Shown: positions 1 through 13,000 of the stretch, piece by piece | Numbering within the stretch: the stretch's first letter is position 1 | Layout: each line of letters begins with the position of its first letter | From: Mobula hypostoma | Taxonomy: Eukaryota | Reading direction: 5' to 3' | NCBI RefSeq assembly: GCF_963921235.1 | Contig: NC_086107.1 | Coordinates: 94,056,001-94,120,000 of the forward strand | Length of the DNA stretch: 64,000 bases | Made by a program: the position numbers and the translations under genes | The notes under the pieces: model-generated | Told to the model about the DNA's origin: nothing | What the model saw: the letters and a program-made list of their open reading frames with translations, nothing else | The model's database searches: none

Positions 1-267
1 AATGATCCACTCTGCCCAACAACCTACCTACTTAACACTAGCCTGATCACAGGACAGTATACAACGACTGATTAGCCTACTAACTGGTGCGCCTTTGGAC
101 TGTGGGAGGAAACCAGAGGACCTGGAGGAAACCCACGCAGTCACACGGGGAGAACGTGCAAACTCCACGCAGGTGGCGGCAGAATGGAACTCCAAACTCC
201 GAAACACCCCAAACCATGATAATGTCGCGCTAACTGCTACGCTACCACAGCGCCCCTATCGGCAGCT

Positions 268-665
268 CCATAAAGCTCAGGTTAGACCACACTTGGGAGT
301 ATTGCATTCAGTTCTGGTCGCCTCATGATAGGAAGGATGTGGAAGCTTTAAGAGTGTGCAGAGAGGATATTTTGTTTCCATACACTCAGAGTCACAGAAC
401 AATACCACACAGAAAACAGGCCCTTCAGCCATGCTGATGAAGAGCAAGTCCCATTTACCAGTGTTTGGCCCATATTCCTCCAAATCCTTTTCTACCTAAT
501 TAGTTATCCAAATGTCTTTTAAATGTTGTACTTCCCTCAACCGGTTCCTCTGGCAGCTCATTCCATATATTCAGCACCCTCTGAGTGAAGACTTGCCCCT
601 CATATTTTTGTTAAATCTTTCCTCTCTCACCTTCAGCCTATGCTCTCTAGATCTCAGTTCCCTTC
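268..665 (+). mobile_element. Degenerate CR1-type LINE 3' fragments (mixed orientation)
   Basis: gttagaccacacttgggagtattgcattcagttctggtcgcc (RPHLEYCxQFWSP-like), followed by an inverted CR1 3' end. Confidence 0.6.
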
Positions 666-677
666 CCTGGGAAAACG

Positions 678-684
678 AGTGTGA

Positions 685-726
<42 letters not shown>
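678..726. repeat. (GT)n microsatellite
   Basis: Direct reading. Confidence 0.95.
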
Positions 727-728
<2 letters not shown>

Positions 729-913
729 AGAGTGTACATGTGTAGCTGTGTTGGCCCCCAAATAATGCAGTCCCCCCCCCCACCCTCCAACGATGTAGCC
801 CTCCTCTGCCCCCGAGCAACGTGGCCCTCCTCTGCCCCGAACGACGCAGCCCCCACTCTGCCACCAAATGATGCAGCCCTCCCCCACTTCTCCAAGGGTG
901 AAGATTCACTCAC

Positions 914-1083
914 CGTCACTCTTCTTCTGCACCTTCTTCTTCTTCTTCAGTCTCTTCAACATGCCCCGAAGGTCAGTGATACCATACTGGAAGGCGATTT
1001 TCTCGTAGTCACACGGCTTGGCATTCTTCAGGATTTCCCAAACATCAACCTCTTCCTTTGAAGGAGCCTCAGTTTTGGCCTCT
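914..1083 (-). CDS. MyBP-C exon, M-domain tri-helix bundle
   Basis: ttttaaaccag|AGAGGCC ... AGTGACG|gtgagt; 170 nt; [56 protein letters not shown]. Confidence 0.95.
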
Positions 1084-4000
1084 CTGGTTTAAAAGTGACA
1101 AAAGCTGGTGAAGTAAATCAGTCTCTCTCTCTCTCTCTCTACTTCCCTCCTTCCCTCTTTCTCTCTCTCTCCCCTTCCCTCCTTCTCTATCTCTCTCTCT
1201 CTACTTCCCTCCTTCCCTCTCTCTCCTTCCCTCCTTCCTTCTCTCTCCTTCCCTCCTTCCCTCTTTCTCTCTCTCTCCCCCCTTCCCTCCTTCTCTCTCC
1301 TTCTCTCTCCCTCTCATCACAAAAGACTGCAGACACTGGAATCTGGATCAACGAAAAACAAGATGAGGAACTTAGTGGGTCTGGCTGCATCTGTGGAAGG
1401 AAGTTCATTTTTCAGTCAATTGAGTTGAGGGATGTCAACCCAAAACATAGACTATTCTTTTTCCAGTCATTTTAAGAGAGAAGGTCCAATTACGAGTTGT
1501 TTCTCCTTAAGCTCCTCTTGTCTCTTTATCTGGCTCAGCATCGAAGTGCGTATAAGAATTCGATCACAGCACAGAGCCAAGCCCATTGGCCCAGGGCGTC
1601 TGTGCTGAACACGGTGAACACATTAACATCATGCTTTACAGCACCAGTGATCAGTAAAAGAACCCTTAGGGGAAAGTGATCATAATATGATCAAATTCTC
1701 CCTGAATGAGGACTGTGGTGGGTTAGTGGGTGGAGGTTTTGATCAGCCTTACTGCTTGGGGAAAGCACCTGTGTTTGTGACTACCTATCACCTACCTTTT
1801 CTTTAGAAGTCCACTGAAATCCAGCTCGCCTGCGTCCTCTTTGGTCTCTCCCCTGCAAGTGAAAGGAGCAAAGGTTCAGCCAACAGTCTACATCATCCCT
1901 GACGCAACGGAATGTGGAAATCTGGAGCAGCGCGCACAAAACGCTGGCGGAACTCAGCAGGTCAGGCAGAGGCAGAATCAGGTTTACTATCACTGGCGTG
2001 TGTGGTGGAATGTGTTGGTTTGCAGTAGCAGTATAGGTGATGTATAGAACAATTACGATAAGAAATATGAACAAAATAAATAAGTAGTGTCAGAAGTGGA
2101 TTAATGTTCACGAGTTCATGAACCGTACAGAAATCCGATGGTGGAGGGGAAGAAGCTGTTCCTGAAACGTGAGCGTGTGTCTTCAGGCTCCTGGCTGGTA
2201 GTAATGAGAAGAGGGTCCTCAAGGATGGATACTGTCTTCTTGAGGCTTTGCCTTTTGAAGACGCCCTCAATTCTATGGAGACTAGTGCCCACGATGGAGC
2301 TGGCAGAACCTAGAATCCTCTGCAGCTTTTTTCGATCCTGTGCAGTGCGCCCCCCGCCCCCCAAAGCCAGACACTGATGTAACCAGTCTCCACGATACAT
2401 CCATGGAGATTTTCTAGAATCTTTAGTGACATACCAGATCTCCTCAAACTCCAAATTAAATCTGTGCAGCATCTGTGGAGGGAAAGGGGCAGTGGTCGTT
2501 TCAATCCTGATGAAGGGTCTCGGCTTGAAACGTCGACCTCTTTTACCTCCACAGATGCCACCCATCTTCCTTGGTCACCTCACCAGCTCTGCCATCCCTC
2601 CAAAGCTCGCCATCTTAATCCAAAGGTGCCAATTCTTTCTTACCCTGAAGTAATGGAAAACACATAACAGGAGGCAGGCCATACCGTCCCAGAAATCTGC
2701 TGCTACACTCCTGGGTCTTAATCTAGAGGCCCACCTGAGTGCATTCCCTCCGTCTCCAAAGATCTCTTGACCTCAGCTTCAGACATACTCAGCGACTGAA
2801 TATTCACAGAGAGTTTAAAGGTTTACAGAGAATGAGGTGAGAATTTTTTTAAAATGAGCTGAAGGTGGGACCAGTGCAGAGGAGTAGCAGATGGTCAGCA
2901 CGGATTTAATGGGTCAAAGGGCCTCTTTCAGTCCTGTGTCTCTCTACGGCGGAAGGAGTTTGAATATTCTTGAGGCAGAGAGCAATAGGAGGCTGAGTGC
3001 AGGGATAGATGCTTGCCAGGGGCAGAGAGGGGTGGCCATCGCCCGGTCCGTCACAGGCACACACTCCCCACCACTGAAAGTATCTACAGGAGCTGCTGCG
3101 TAGAGAGGGAGCATCTGTCACCAAGGATCCCCACCCTCCGGGTCAGGCCATCTTTTCGCTGCTACCATGGGGCAGGAGGTACAGAAGCCTGAAGACCCAC
3201 AAGACCTGGTTCAGGGAAGTATACAGAACAACAGTAGCAACAGAACACTACGGACGCCTCTTGCACTACCATGGACTTGTCCCTGAAGGTCTGCTTTTGC
3301 ACTAAAGCATTGTCTTAAACACCTTTTGTCACTATCTTGTGAAGCTTATGTCTATGTTGCGTAGTTTATGTCTGTACCCACATGGCTGCGAAACAGGTGT
3401 TTCATTGTCCCCGAACCTCACCATACATGTGCACGTGACTAAGAACTTGACTTGAATCTGATCAGCCGTGATTTTATTAGCCGGTTTAGCAGGTTGAGGG
3501 GCAGAGATAAGGCTCTGCTGTGTAATGAACTGAGCTCGAGGCTGTGCGCCTGCTCCGGGCTTCGTGTCTATGGACTCACTTTCATTCTGAATGCTGTCTG
3601 CTTGCCTTTATCATTTGCACGGATTGTGCCTTTTCCCCCTCTCTCTGCGCATTGGATGTCTGTCGGTCTGTTTCTATAACAGGTTCTTGCTTTGAGGCTG
3701 CCTGCAAGCAGACAAATCTCAAGGCTGTATAACTTACACATTCTTTTGATAATTAATGCACTTCGAACTTTGAACTTTGATCGTTAAGTGCATCGCTCCC
3801 AGTTCATATGTAGGCACCTGGTATCAATGGGCGGCACGGCAGCCTATCGGCTATTGTAACGTTTTACGGCACCAGCGGCCCAGGTTCAATTCCCGCCGCT
3901 GTCTGTAAGGAGTTTGTATGTTCTCCCCATGACCACGTGGGTTTCTTCCAGGTGCTCCACTTTCCACCCACATTCCAAAGACGTACAGGTTAGGATTAGT

Positions 4001-7000
4001 AAACTGTGGGCATGACATGTTGGCGCTAGGAGCATGGCAACAGTTGTGGGCTGCCCCCCTCCCCTCCCAGCACACTCTCGGGCTGTGTCGGTCATTGTCG
4101 CAATGGCCCATCTCACTGTATGTTTTGATGTTTTAACGTCATCATCATCATGTGCTGTGTCACATGACATAGGCGATCATGGTCTATCCATGGCCATGAT
4201 TGTTCTTGGCAAACTTATTTACAGAAGTGGTTTGCCATTGCCTTCTTCTGGGCAGTGTCTTTACAAGACAGGTGGCTCCAGCCATTATCGATACTCTTCA
4301 GAGTTTGTCTGCCCAACTTCAGTGGTCACACAACCAGGACTTGTGATGTGTACCGTCTGCTCATACAGCCATCTGCCACCTGCTCCTATGGCTTCACAAG
4401 ACTCTGATCAGGGGGCCAAGGAGGTGCCAAGAGTGTCCTGCAGTCTAGCGGAAGGAAGGAGCGCCTTACCACTCCCTTGGTAGAGACATTTCTCCACCCT
4501 GTCACCCATGTGACAAATAAAGCTAATCCAATTTTGAAAGGGGCAGGAGACAGTGAGATTGCCAAGGTCATCTAACTTGTGCCTTTTAGGGGAGGGCAGC
4601 CACCCATCGAACCAGACACAGGCTGCGGACTGAGAAAACACAGAGAGCTCAGAGGTACTCACGTCCGTTTGAATGCTGTCAGGAGATGGCCAGTCTCTTC
4701 TGCAACTGTGGAGAGATTAGCGAGAACTTAGAGAAGCAGCAGGTCAGAGACAAGCAGCGCGTAGTTATAAAGGGCGGATTTGAAACTAATTGAATCTAGG
4801 CAGGAAGCACGGAGGGCAGTGGCTATAGATGGGTCTTAGAAGGAGATGGAAACAGATTCACTGCTAATAAAATGTTTCAGAGACCCAAGTCAAGAGGGAA
4901 GCAGCTTTTACTCTGGAGATTAAAGATCAAGGATCAACTTTTTTCACCATGTACATGTATTAGGAGTTTGCTGTGGTGTGTTGGCACGACAAGAAAGAAA
5001 AATAACATTTAACAATTATAGAGAATAGAGAATCATACATAAAATAAAGTTAGAGGTTAAAGTACAGAAATGTTATAAAATGTGCATTACACACAAATAC
5101 CACCATGTATTTACAATGATAAACAGCTTTATAAAAAGTGGTTTACAGTCTTTACATTGCAGTGACTGAAGCTATGTAGGAGAGAAGGGTTAGTGTGGGT
5201 TGAAAGATCAGCCCAACATCAATGGGCTGAAGGGCCTGTAGTGCTCTGGAATGTTCTACGTTCTATGAAGGGCTTAAATAGAAAACAGTGAATTGAACAA
5301 GCAAATCCGATTGCTGCTTTAATTTACACTGCAGTATTAGGTCAGCGCGTAAGTGACTGAAAAGTCATTTTAGATTAGGGGTAAAGTGTGCAAAGGAGGG
5401 TCAGAAACAGACCCTGTTCAGGAACAGAGAAGAGTGCTTCAGGAAGAGAAGGAGGGTTTCTTTCGGGGCTGGGAGTGAATTCAAAGGGACCAAATGGCAT
5501 CTTCGACATCTATCTGTAAACCTCAACATTGGGGATGGGGGTTCCTCGTCGATCAGGGAGAAGACCTGACTGGGCACAAACTCGTCCCGGAGGCACGAGG
5601 GATAGCAGGTGCCGGAATTTGAGGCAGCACACAACATGGTGGAGGAACTCAGCAGGCCAGGGAGCATCTGTGGGAAGGAAATGGACAGTCTACCTACCAG
5701 GTTGAGACCCTGCCTCTGGACTCATCTCTTAGATGAGGGAGAGAGAAAGTGTGTGCATGTACGTGTGTGTTTTAGCATCTGCAGAGTAGCTGTAGAGACA
5801 ACAGTTAGGTCAGACTAAGAGATAATAATAACCACTGGGGCTGGGGTCCTGGAAAAGCCCCAAATACCTACTGCGACACAAGATATTCTGCAGATGCTGG
5901 GAACCTTGAGCAAACCACACAAAATGCAAGAGGAACTCAGCAAGTCAGGCACCTTTCATAGATGTTGCCCAGGTATCTCCTGCTGGGAGACCCAGAGACC
6001 AAGGGAACCAGAGGGCATCATCCACGATAACGTTCTTACCTTCAACGTTCAGGTCGAACGCCACACTGTCAAACTGATCTTTCGAGGTCACCTCGCACCT
6101 GTAACTACCTGCACATATCTTGTCAGCTTTCGTGATCTTCATCTCGTACGTGTAGACCTGCGGAGAGGGAGCTGTTACTTGCACTGGTCCCGGCTGCACG
6201 CCCTCCTCCCCGCCGGCTCTCGGGCTGAGACCTCCTGCCTTTCTTCCCAGCACCACCCAGGGCTCCGAACCTCGCAAGTAAGTTCGACCATTTATTTCCC
6301 TGTGTAAGGGCAGCACATTAGCGTAAAGCTGGTACCGTACCAGCAATCACCGTCCAGGGTGGCAACGCTGACAGGCTGTCCAGCACAATTCTCAGGGATT
6401 ACATTTGGCGCAAACAATGCATTTAATAATAGGTTTTGATGTAACATAGAAACATAGAAATCTACAGCACATTACAGGCCCTTCGGCCCACAATGTTGTG
6501 CCGACCATGTAAACTACTCTAGAAACTGCCTAGAATTTCCCTAGCGCATAGACCTCTATTGTTCTAAGCTCCATGTACCTGTCTAAGAGTCTCTTGAAAG
6601 ACCTTATTGTATCCACCTCTACCACCTTTGCTGGCAGTACCTTCCATGCACCCACCACTCTCTGTGTGAAAAACTTACCTCTGACATCCCCCCATCTCAG
6701 CGGGAGGAGAAGATGGTGGCGTGCCTACGTGTGCGCAGCCCTCCAGTGAAAAATGATATCGTATCTGTTAAATAGGGGCCGTGGACAATTCTGATTTGAT
6801 GGAGAATGGGCGTGAAAGCACAGAGGAACATCTGGAGAAATTTCTGAAACGCCTGTTCACTGCTGTCATTATTGTGTGGTCAGGAATCTTTCGACGGGTA
6901 GGCCTCAAAATCCCCGGCCTTGCCTGCTTTTGGCGACTGAGAAGGAGGTCGAATTGTTCGGACAGAGATGGCGCTCAGTACTCGCTGTCGGAGAGCTGAT

Positions 7001-10000
7001 CAGAGCTCGAAGTTTTCGGATGACTGAGAGTCGGATTGTGGTCGGCATGGCAGGGAGAGTTTTTCTTCCTTCTCCCGTCTGCGTGAGATGTGGGACATTT
7101 GAGAAACTTTGAACTTTACTGTGCTCATGGACTTCTTCATCAAGTTATGGTATTGTGCACTGTTGTAACTATATGTTATAATTATGTGGTTTTGTCAGTT
7201 TTTTCAGTCTTGGTCTGTCCTGTGTTTTGTGATATCACACCGGAGGAAGTAATGTATCATTTCTTAATGCATGCATTACTAAATGACAATAAAAGAGGAC
7301 TACATATCTTCATAATCTAAATACTTCCAAGCACCTTAAAACTATGCCTCCTCGTGTTAGCCATTTCAGCCCTGGGGAAAAGCCTCTGGCTGTCCACATG
7401 ATCAATGCCTCTCATCATCTTATACACCTTTATCAGTCACCGCTCATCCTCCGCCGCTCCAAGGAGCGAAGGCCAAGTTCACTCGACCTGTTCTCATAAG
7501 GCATGCTCCCCAATCCAGGCAACGTCCTTGTGAATCTCCTATCATGTACATGTGATAGATAAAACTAGTCTTTCTTTCTTCCTTCCTTTTCTTTGTAGCA
7601 CCTGTGATCACCGGCACCAGCCGAGCCGCCTTCTCCAATGTATATAGAGAAAGGTGCCAGAAAAGGGCCAGTAACATCATGAAGGATCCCACCCACCCTG
7701 CTCAGGGACTGCTCGTCCCACTCCCATCAGGGAGGAGGCTACGTAGCATCCACGCCAGGACCACCAGACTCAAAAACAGCTACTTTCCCCAAGCAGTAAG
7801 GCTGATCTACACCTCCACCACTACTTTATTATTTCCCGCCAGTCACCTTATCTATAGCCTGGCGTCACTTTATGGACATACAATTGATCTATGTGGATGG
7901 GTTATCTTATGTATTTTCTTATTGTTGATTTTTATTAATGTTATTGACTTGTTTATCTTTTGTGGGGTTTTTTTGTGCTGAATCAGATCTGGAGTAACAA
8001 TTATTTTGTTCTTACAGGCAATGACGCTAAACAACCTTGAATGGCGGATTATTGATCTGGGTTCAATTCCAGCACTACCTGCAAGGAGTTTGTATATTCT
8101 CCCCGCGAACCGTATGGTTTCCCTCCAGGTGCTCCGGTTTCCTCGGCTACCTCCATCTCTCCAACACAAGGAGAAAGTATCTCAGACCCACGTGCTCAAT
8201 CCTTCTCAGAATTCCCGTCTCTCAGGAACATTCATTCTCATTTGTCTATCCAGCAAGGCCACTAACCCCCAGAAAGGCTAACTCTTCCTGTCGGGAGAGA
8301 GGGGTGCCGACACAAAGGGACAAAGCACCCCTCCTTGTCCTGTGACTTCAACACATCAGCACACGGCCTCAAGCGAGGTCATTCTGTGCAGAGACCCCAG
8401 ACTCGCGTTTGCCTTTTTGCCAGATTGCTCGCTGAACTGGTTGAGCATCAAGCTTTTCTTAAATGTTTGGCCCATATCCCTCTAAATCCATCCCATGGAT
8501 CAGTGCAACTCTCTTTCAAATGTTGCTATGGAATCATGGAGCACTACAGCACAGAAACAGGCTCTTTGGGCAAGCTAGGCCATCACATACTGTTATTCTG
8601 CTTGGTCTCATCTACTGCAACTGGATCATAGCCCTCCCATCCCTTGTACATCCAAGCATCTCTTAAACATTGAAATCAAACCCACATCCACCACTTCTGC
8701 TGGTAGCTTGTTCCATCCTCTGGTTGAAGAAGCTTCCCCCCCACTCACCCCCAAGATTCTGCGCAGAGGCCCCAGCCTCACCTTTGCATTGCTGTCGAAT
8801 TCCTCCCTGAACTGGTAGACCATCCCGGCCTTGCTCTTCAGATCCAACCATTTGCCCTTGAACCACTTGATGGACGGCTTCTTCAAAAGGCTGGAGGAGT
8901 CCACCTTGGCCAAGAACGTGACGGCTTCACCTGTCAACCAAAAGACAAGAGCTGCCTCAGTCCACACCGCTGTTATTGCCATTGCTTGGGGTACAGAGAA
9001 AGGGGGTAGAAGTTCAGAGGAGATAATAGGAGGACCTTCTTCACCCAGAGTGGTGAGTACCCAGAATGCACTACCATAGAGAGCGGTGGAAGCAGAGTTG
9101 CTGTCAGCAGTTGAGAATTATCTACACAGGGCACTTGAATCATCCCGGCACATGATCCTGGAGATTTCAGCATGGGATCTGGGAATACAGACCCATAATT
9201 CCTTGGAAGTGGCGTCACAGGTAAATAGGGTCATAAAGAAAGCTTTTGGCACATTGGCCTTCATAAATCAATGTATCGAGTACAGGAGATAGGATGTTAT
9301 GCTGAAGTTGTATAAAATGTTGGTGAGGCCTAACTTGGAGCATTCTGTGCAGTTCTGGTAACCACGTACAGGAAAGATGCAAATAAGGTTGAAAGAGTGC
9401 AGAGAAAACGTACAATGATGTTGCTGGGACTCGAGGGCCTGAGTTATAGGGAAAGGCTGAATAGGTTAGGGTTTTATTCCCTGGAGTGAAGGATAATGTG
9501 GGGAGATTTGATAGAGGTTAAACAAAATTATAAGGGGTATAGATGGGTAAATACAAGCAGGCTTTTCGCACTGATGTTGAGTGGGACTAGAACTAGAGGT
9601 CATAGGATAAAGGTGAAAGGTGAAATATTTAAAGGGAACTTGAGGGGAAACGCCTTCACTCAGAGGAGGTGAGAGTGCGGAACGAGCTGCCAGTGGAAGT
9701 GGTGAATGTGGATTCGATTTCAACATTTAAGAGAAGTTTGGACAAGTACATGGATGAGAGGGGTATGGTCCAGGTTCAGGTCAACGGGACGAGGCAGAGT
9801 AGCAGTTCAACATGGACTAGATAGGCCGAAGGGCCTGTATCTGTGCTGAAGTGCTCTATGACTCTATAGGAATAATGCAGATGGATACCCTTGGTATGGC
9901 ATCCAAATGGTGGGCCAAATGGCCGATTCCTAAGTTGTACTATGTATCAATCCTCTAGCACTATGTATCCTCTAAATTTGGTAGTGAATGAGTGGAGTCC

Positions 10001-13000
10001 GAGGGTCCTTCAGAGACTCAGGGCTTTACTTTCTCCATCTCAGCCTCTCATGTGGTCTCATCATCAAAACTTTCCCAAAACCCACCCCCACTATCTCCAC
10101 TGCCTGCCCCATCATCACAGCTCTAAAACAATGTCCTCATCCATGCCTTTTCACCCCCAAGTTTCTCTGCTCCAAACTCCATCCTATCTTCCTACGGTGG
10201 CCATAGGGTTTAGTCAAACCTCATGGATGGTGCAGTCATCCCGACTGGACACACACTGCACGTGTATATTGTTTGGGTGCCTAAGGCTTTCGGACAGTAC
10301 TGTATTTGTCAACGTGGAGCGAAGAGCGAGTTCGTAAATCTGGCGAGAGCAGAGGATGTTGGAATGGTGAGGGTGCCGCGGCAGGGGTGTGGGACAGGTG
10401 GCAGAGAAGGAGGGCCAGTGGCGGGATTTAGCGGGGTGCAGACACACCCAGCCCTGAGAGACACCAGGCAAGGTTATTTGATTCCAAACAATTGGTTTAT
10501 TGATCATTACAGAATGTCTCTCTGGTACTTCCCACTCCCTCCCCTCTCCCTTCCCCTTTTCCCAGCCATGATTCCCCTCTCCCTGTCCCCTTCCCACTCT
10601 CAGTCCACAATAGAGACCCAGATCAGAATCAGGTTTATTACCACTCACATATGTCATTATTTTTGTTTTGCAGGAGCAGTACAGTGCAATACATAAAATT
10701 CCTACAGTACTGTCCTAGCTAGTCTTTTGCACAATACTGTATAAGAGTGGTTATTGTCTGTAAACATCAAGCAAGTGCAAGCTCGGAACCTGATTAAGGA
10801 GATGTGAAAAGATGCCTACTCTGCAGTCACCACTGCTCGTTTTCGAGGCCTCATTAGCACATTGGGCTGTTTCCGTGGTAACAGAGATAACCAGAGCCTT
10901 TGGTTCAGGAGGGGAAGGAGATCCATGTAGGAGGTACTCCTCTAGAGTTGGTGATGTCAGAAGTCACCAATCAGCTGCTGCTCTTCACCTGATTGGCTCA
11001 CTGGGCAAGAGGCTCGGCATTGGTGAAATAGTAACCGGGAAACTTCGATGTAACATCCAATAGTTCAGCAGGAGGGGGAGGAGATAGCCAAGATGGCCCA
11101 GATATCACAGTACAGGCTGTTCAGCCCACAATGTTGCACTAATCTCTTAACCTACTCTTAAGATTATTCTCACTCTTCCCTGCCACATTTTCTTTCATCT
11201 ATCTGCCTGTTAAGTATTGCTAGTGCATCTGCCTCTACCACCACGCCAGCTTATTGTTTCATACACCAACCACTCTCTGCGTTAAAAAACAAACCTCTGA
11301 CATCCCCCTACTTTCCTCCAACGACCTTAAAATTATACCCTTTTATATTAGCCATTTCCACCTGGGAGAAAGGTCTCTAGCTGTCCACTCTATATATGCC
11401 TTTTATCATCTTGTACACCTCTAACTAGTCATCTCTCATCCACCTTTGCTCCAAAGAGGAAAGTCCTAACTTGCTCAACCTATCCTCACAGGACATGCTC
11501 TCTAATCTAGGCAGCATCCTGGTAAATCTCCTCTGCACCCTCTCTAAAGCCTCTGCATCCCTTCTGTATGGGGCACGAAACCACTGCCCAAAGAGCGGCT
11601 ACTCCTGTGATCTTCAATGAGACATGATCTCTAATCCAGGCAGCGGCGCGGCCTCTCCGATGATGAATATCTGTATTTGTCAATTAGGAGGCCGTGCACA
11701 ATTCTGATTTGATGGAGATGGACGTGAGAGCACGGAGGAACATCTGGTGAAACTTCTGAAATGCCTGCTTCGCTGCCACTGCTACTGTGTGATCCGAAAT
11801 CTCCAGAGGGGAAGGCCCCAAATCCTCGGCTTTGCCTGTTGCTTGGCGGCCGGGGCCGGGGTCGAAGCGCTCGGCAGAGACGGTGCTCAGTCCTTGGTGT
11901 CGGAGAGCTCGTCGGAGGCTCGAAGTTTTCGGACAGACTCAGAGTCGGACTGTGGTCAGATGCTTCCAGGATGCTTCACCGGCAAGTTTGCGGTGCTGGA
12001 AGCTCATGGCAGGAAGAGTTTCTTCCTTCTACCGTCTGCGTGAGATGATGGGCTATCGGGACTTTGAGACTTTTTTTTTAACCATACCCATGGTCTGTTC
12101 TTATCAAATTATGGTATTGCTTGGCACTGTTGTAACTATATGTTATAATTATATGGTTTTTGTCAGTTTTAATCTTGGTCTGTCTTGTGTTTCTGTGATA
12201 TCATACCAGAGGAACGTTGTATCATTTTTTAATGCATGCATTTCCAAATGACAATAATGAGTGTCCTTGTAATCTAATCTAATCTAATCTAATCTAATCC
12301 TGGTAAATCTCTTCTGCACCCTCTCTAAAGCCTCCGCATCCCTCCTGTATTGGGGCACGATACCACTGTCAGGAGAGTTGCTGCTCCTATGAACTCCAAT
12401 AAGACATGCTCTCTAATCCAGGCAGCATCCTGGTAAACCTCCTCTCAACCCTCTCTAAATCTTCCACATCCTTCCTATAATGAATGCAATATTCCAAGTA
12501 TGGTCTAACCAAAGGGAAAAGCCCAAGCCCACCCAGACTAATCTTGTGGAAAACACTGGCAGAACAAAAAGGAGGAAGGTGGGTTCTGGAGACAAGATCT
12601 AACCCTCTACTGCAGGTGTTCCCAACCTGGGGTTCACAGACCCCTTGGTTAATGGTAAGGTGCATGCCATAAAAAAGTTAGGAACACCTGCTCCACTGGG
12701 ATTTGGGACAACACAAGAATGCAGGCCCAACGCTCGCTAGGAGATTCCCTGGGCTGACCACACAACGTCAAGTAGCACACTGTTCAAACTGCGAGTGATT
12801 GTAGTTCTTCTTCAGCATTAGTATTTCAAGCAAAGCTGCAATGAGGCAATTCAAAATCCTGGGAAAACCCTGCGGGGTCAGGCAGCATCTGTGGAAGGAA
12901 ATGGACACAGATGTCGCAGGCTGAGACCTTTCATCTGATCTCACCTCTTAGTTGAAGACCTCATTGGGCCAGATGAAGGGTCTCATCCCTTTAGAACAGA

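Noticed and set aside
1497..1545. Purine-rich minus-strand stretch after an AG as a possible extra M-domain micro-exon
   Set aside because: No usable GT donor or polypyrimidine tract; the flanking exons already join in phase.
3830..3900. tRNA-like A/B boxes here and at other SINE heads
   Set aside because: Degenerate SINE heads followed by SINE core; no cloverleaf.
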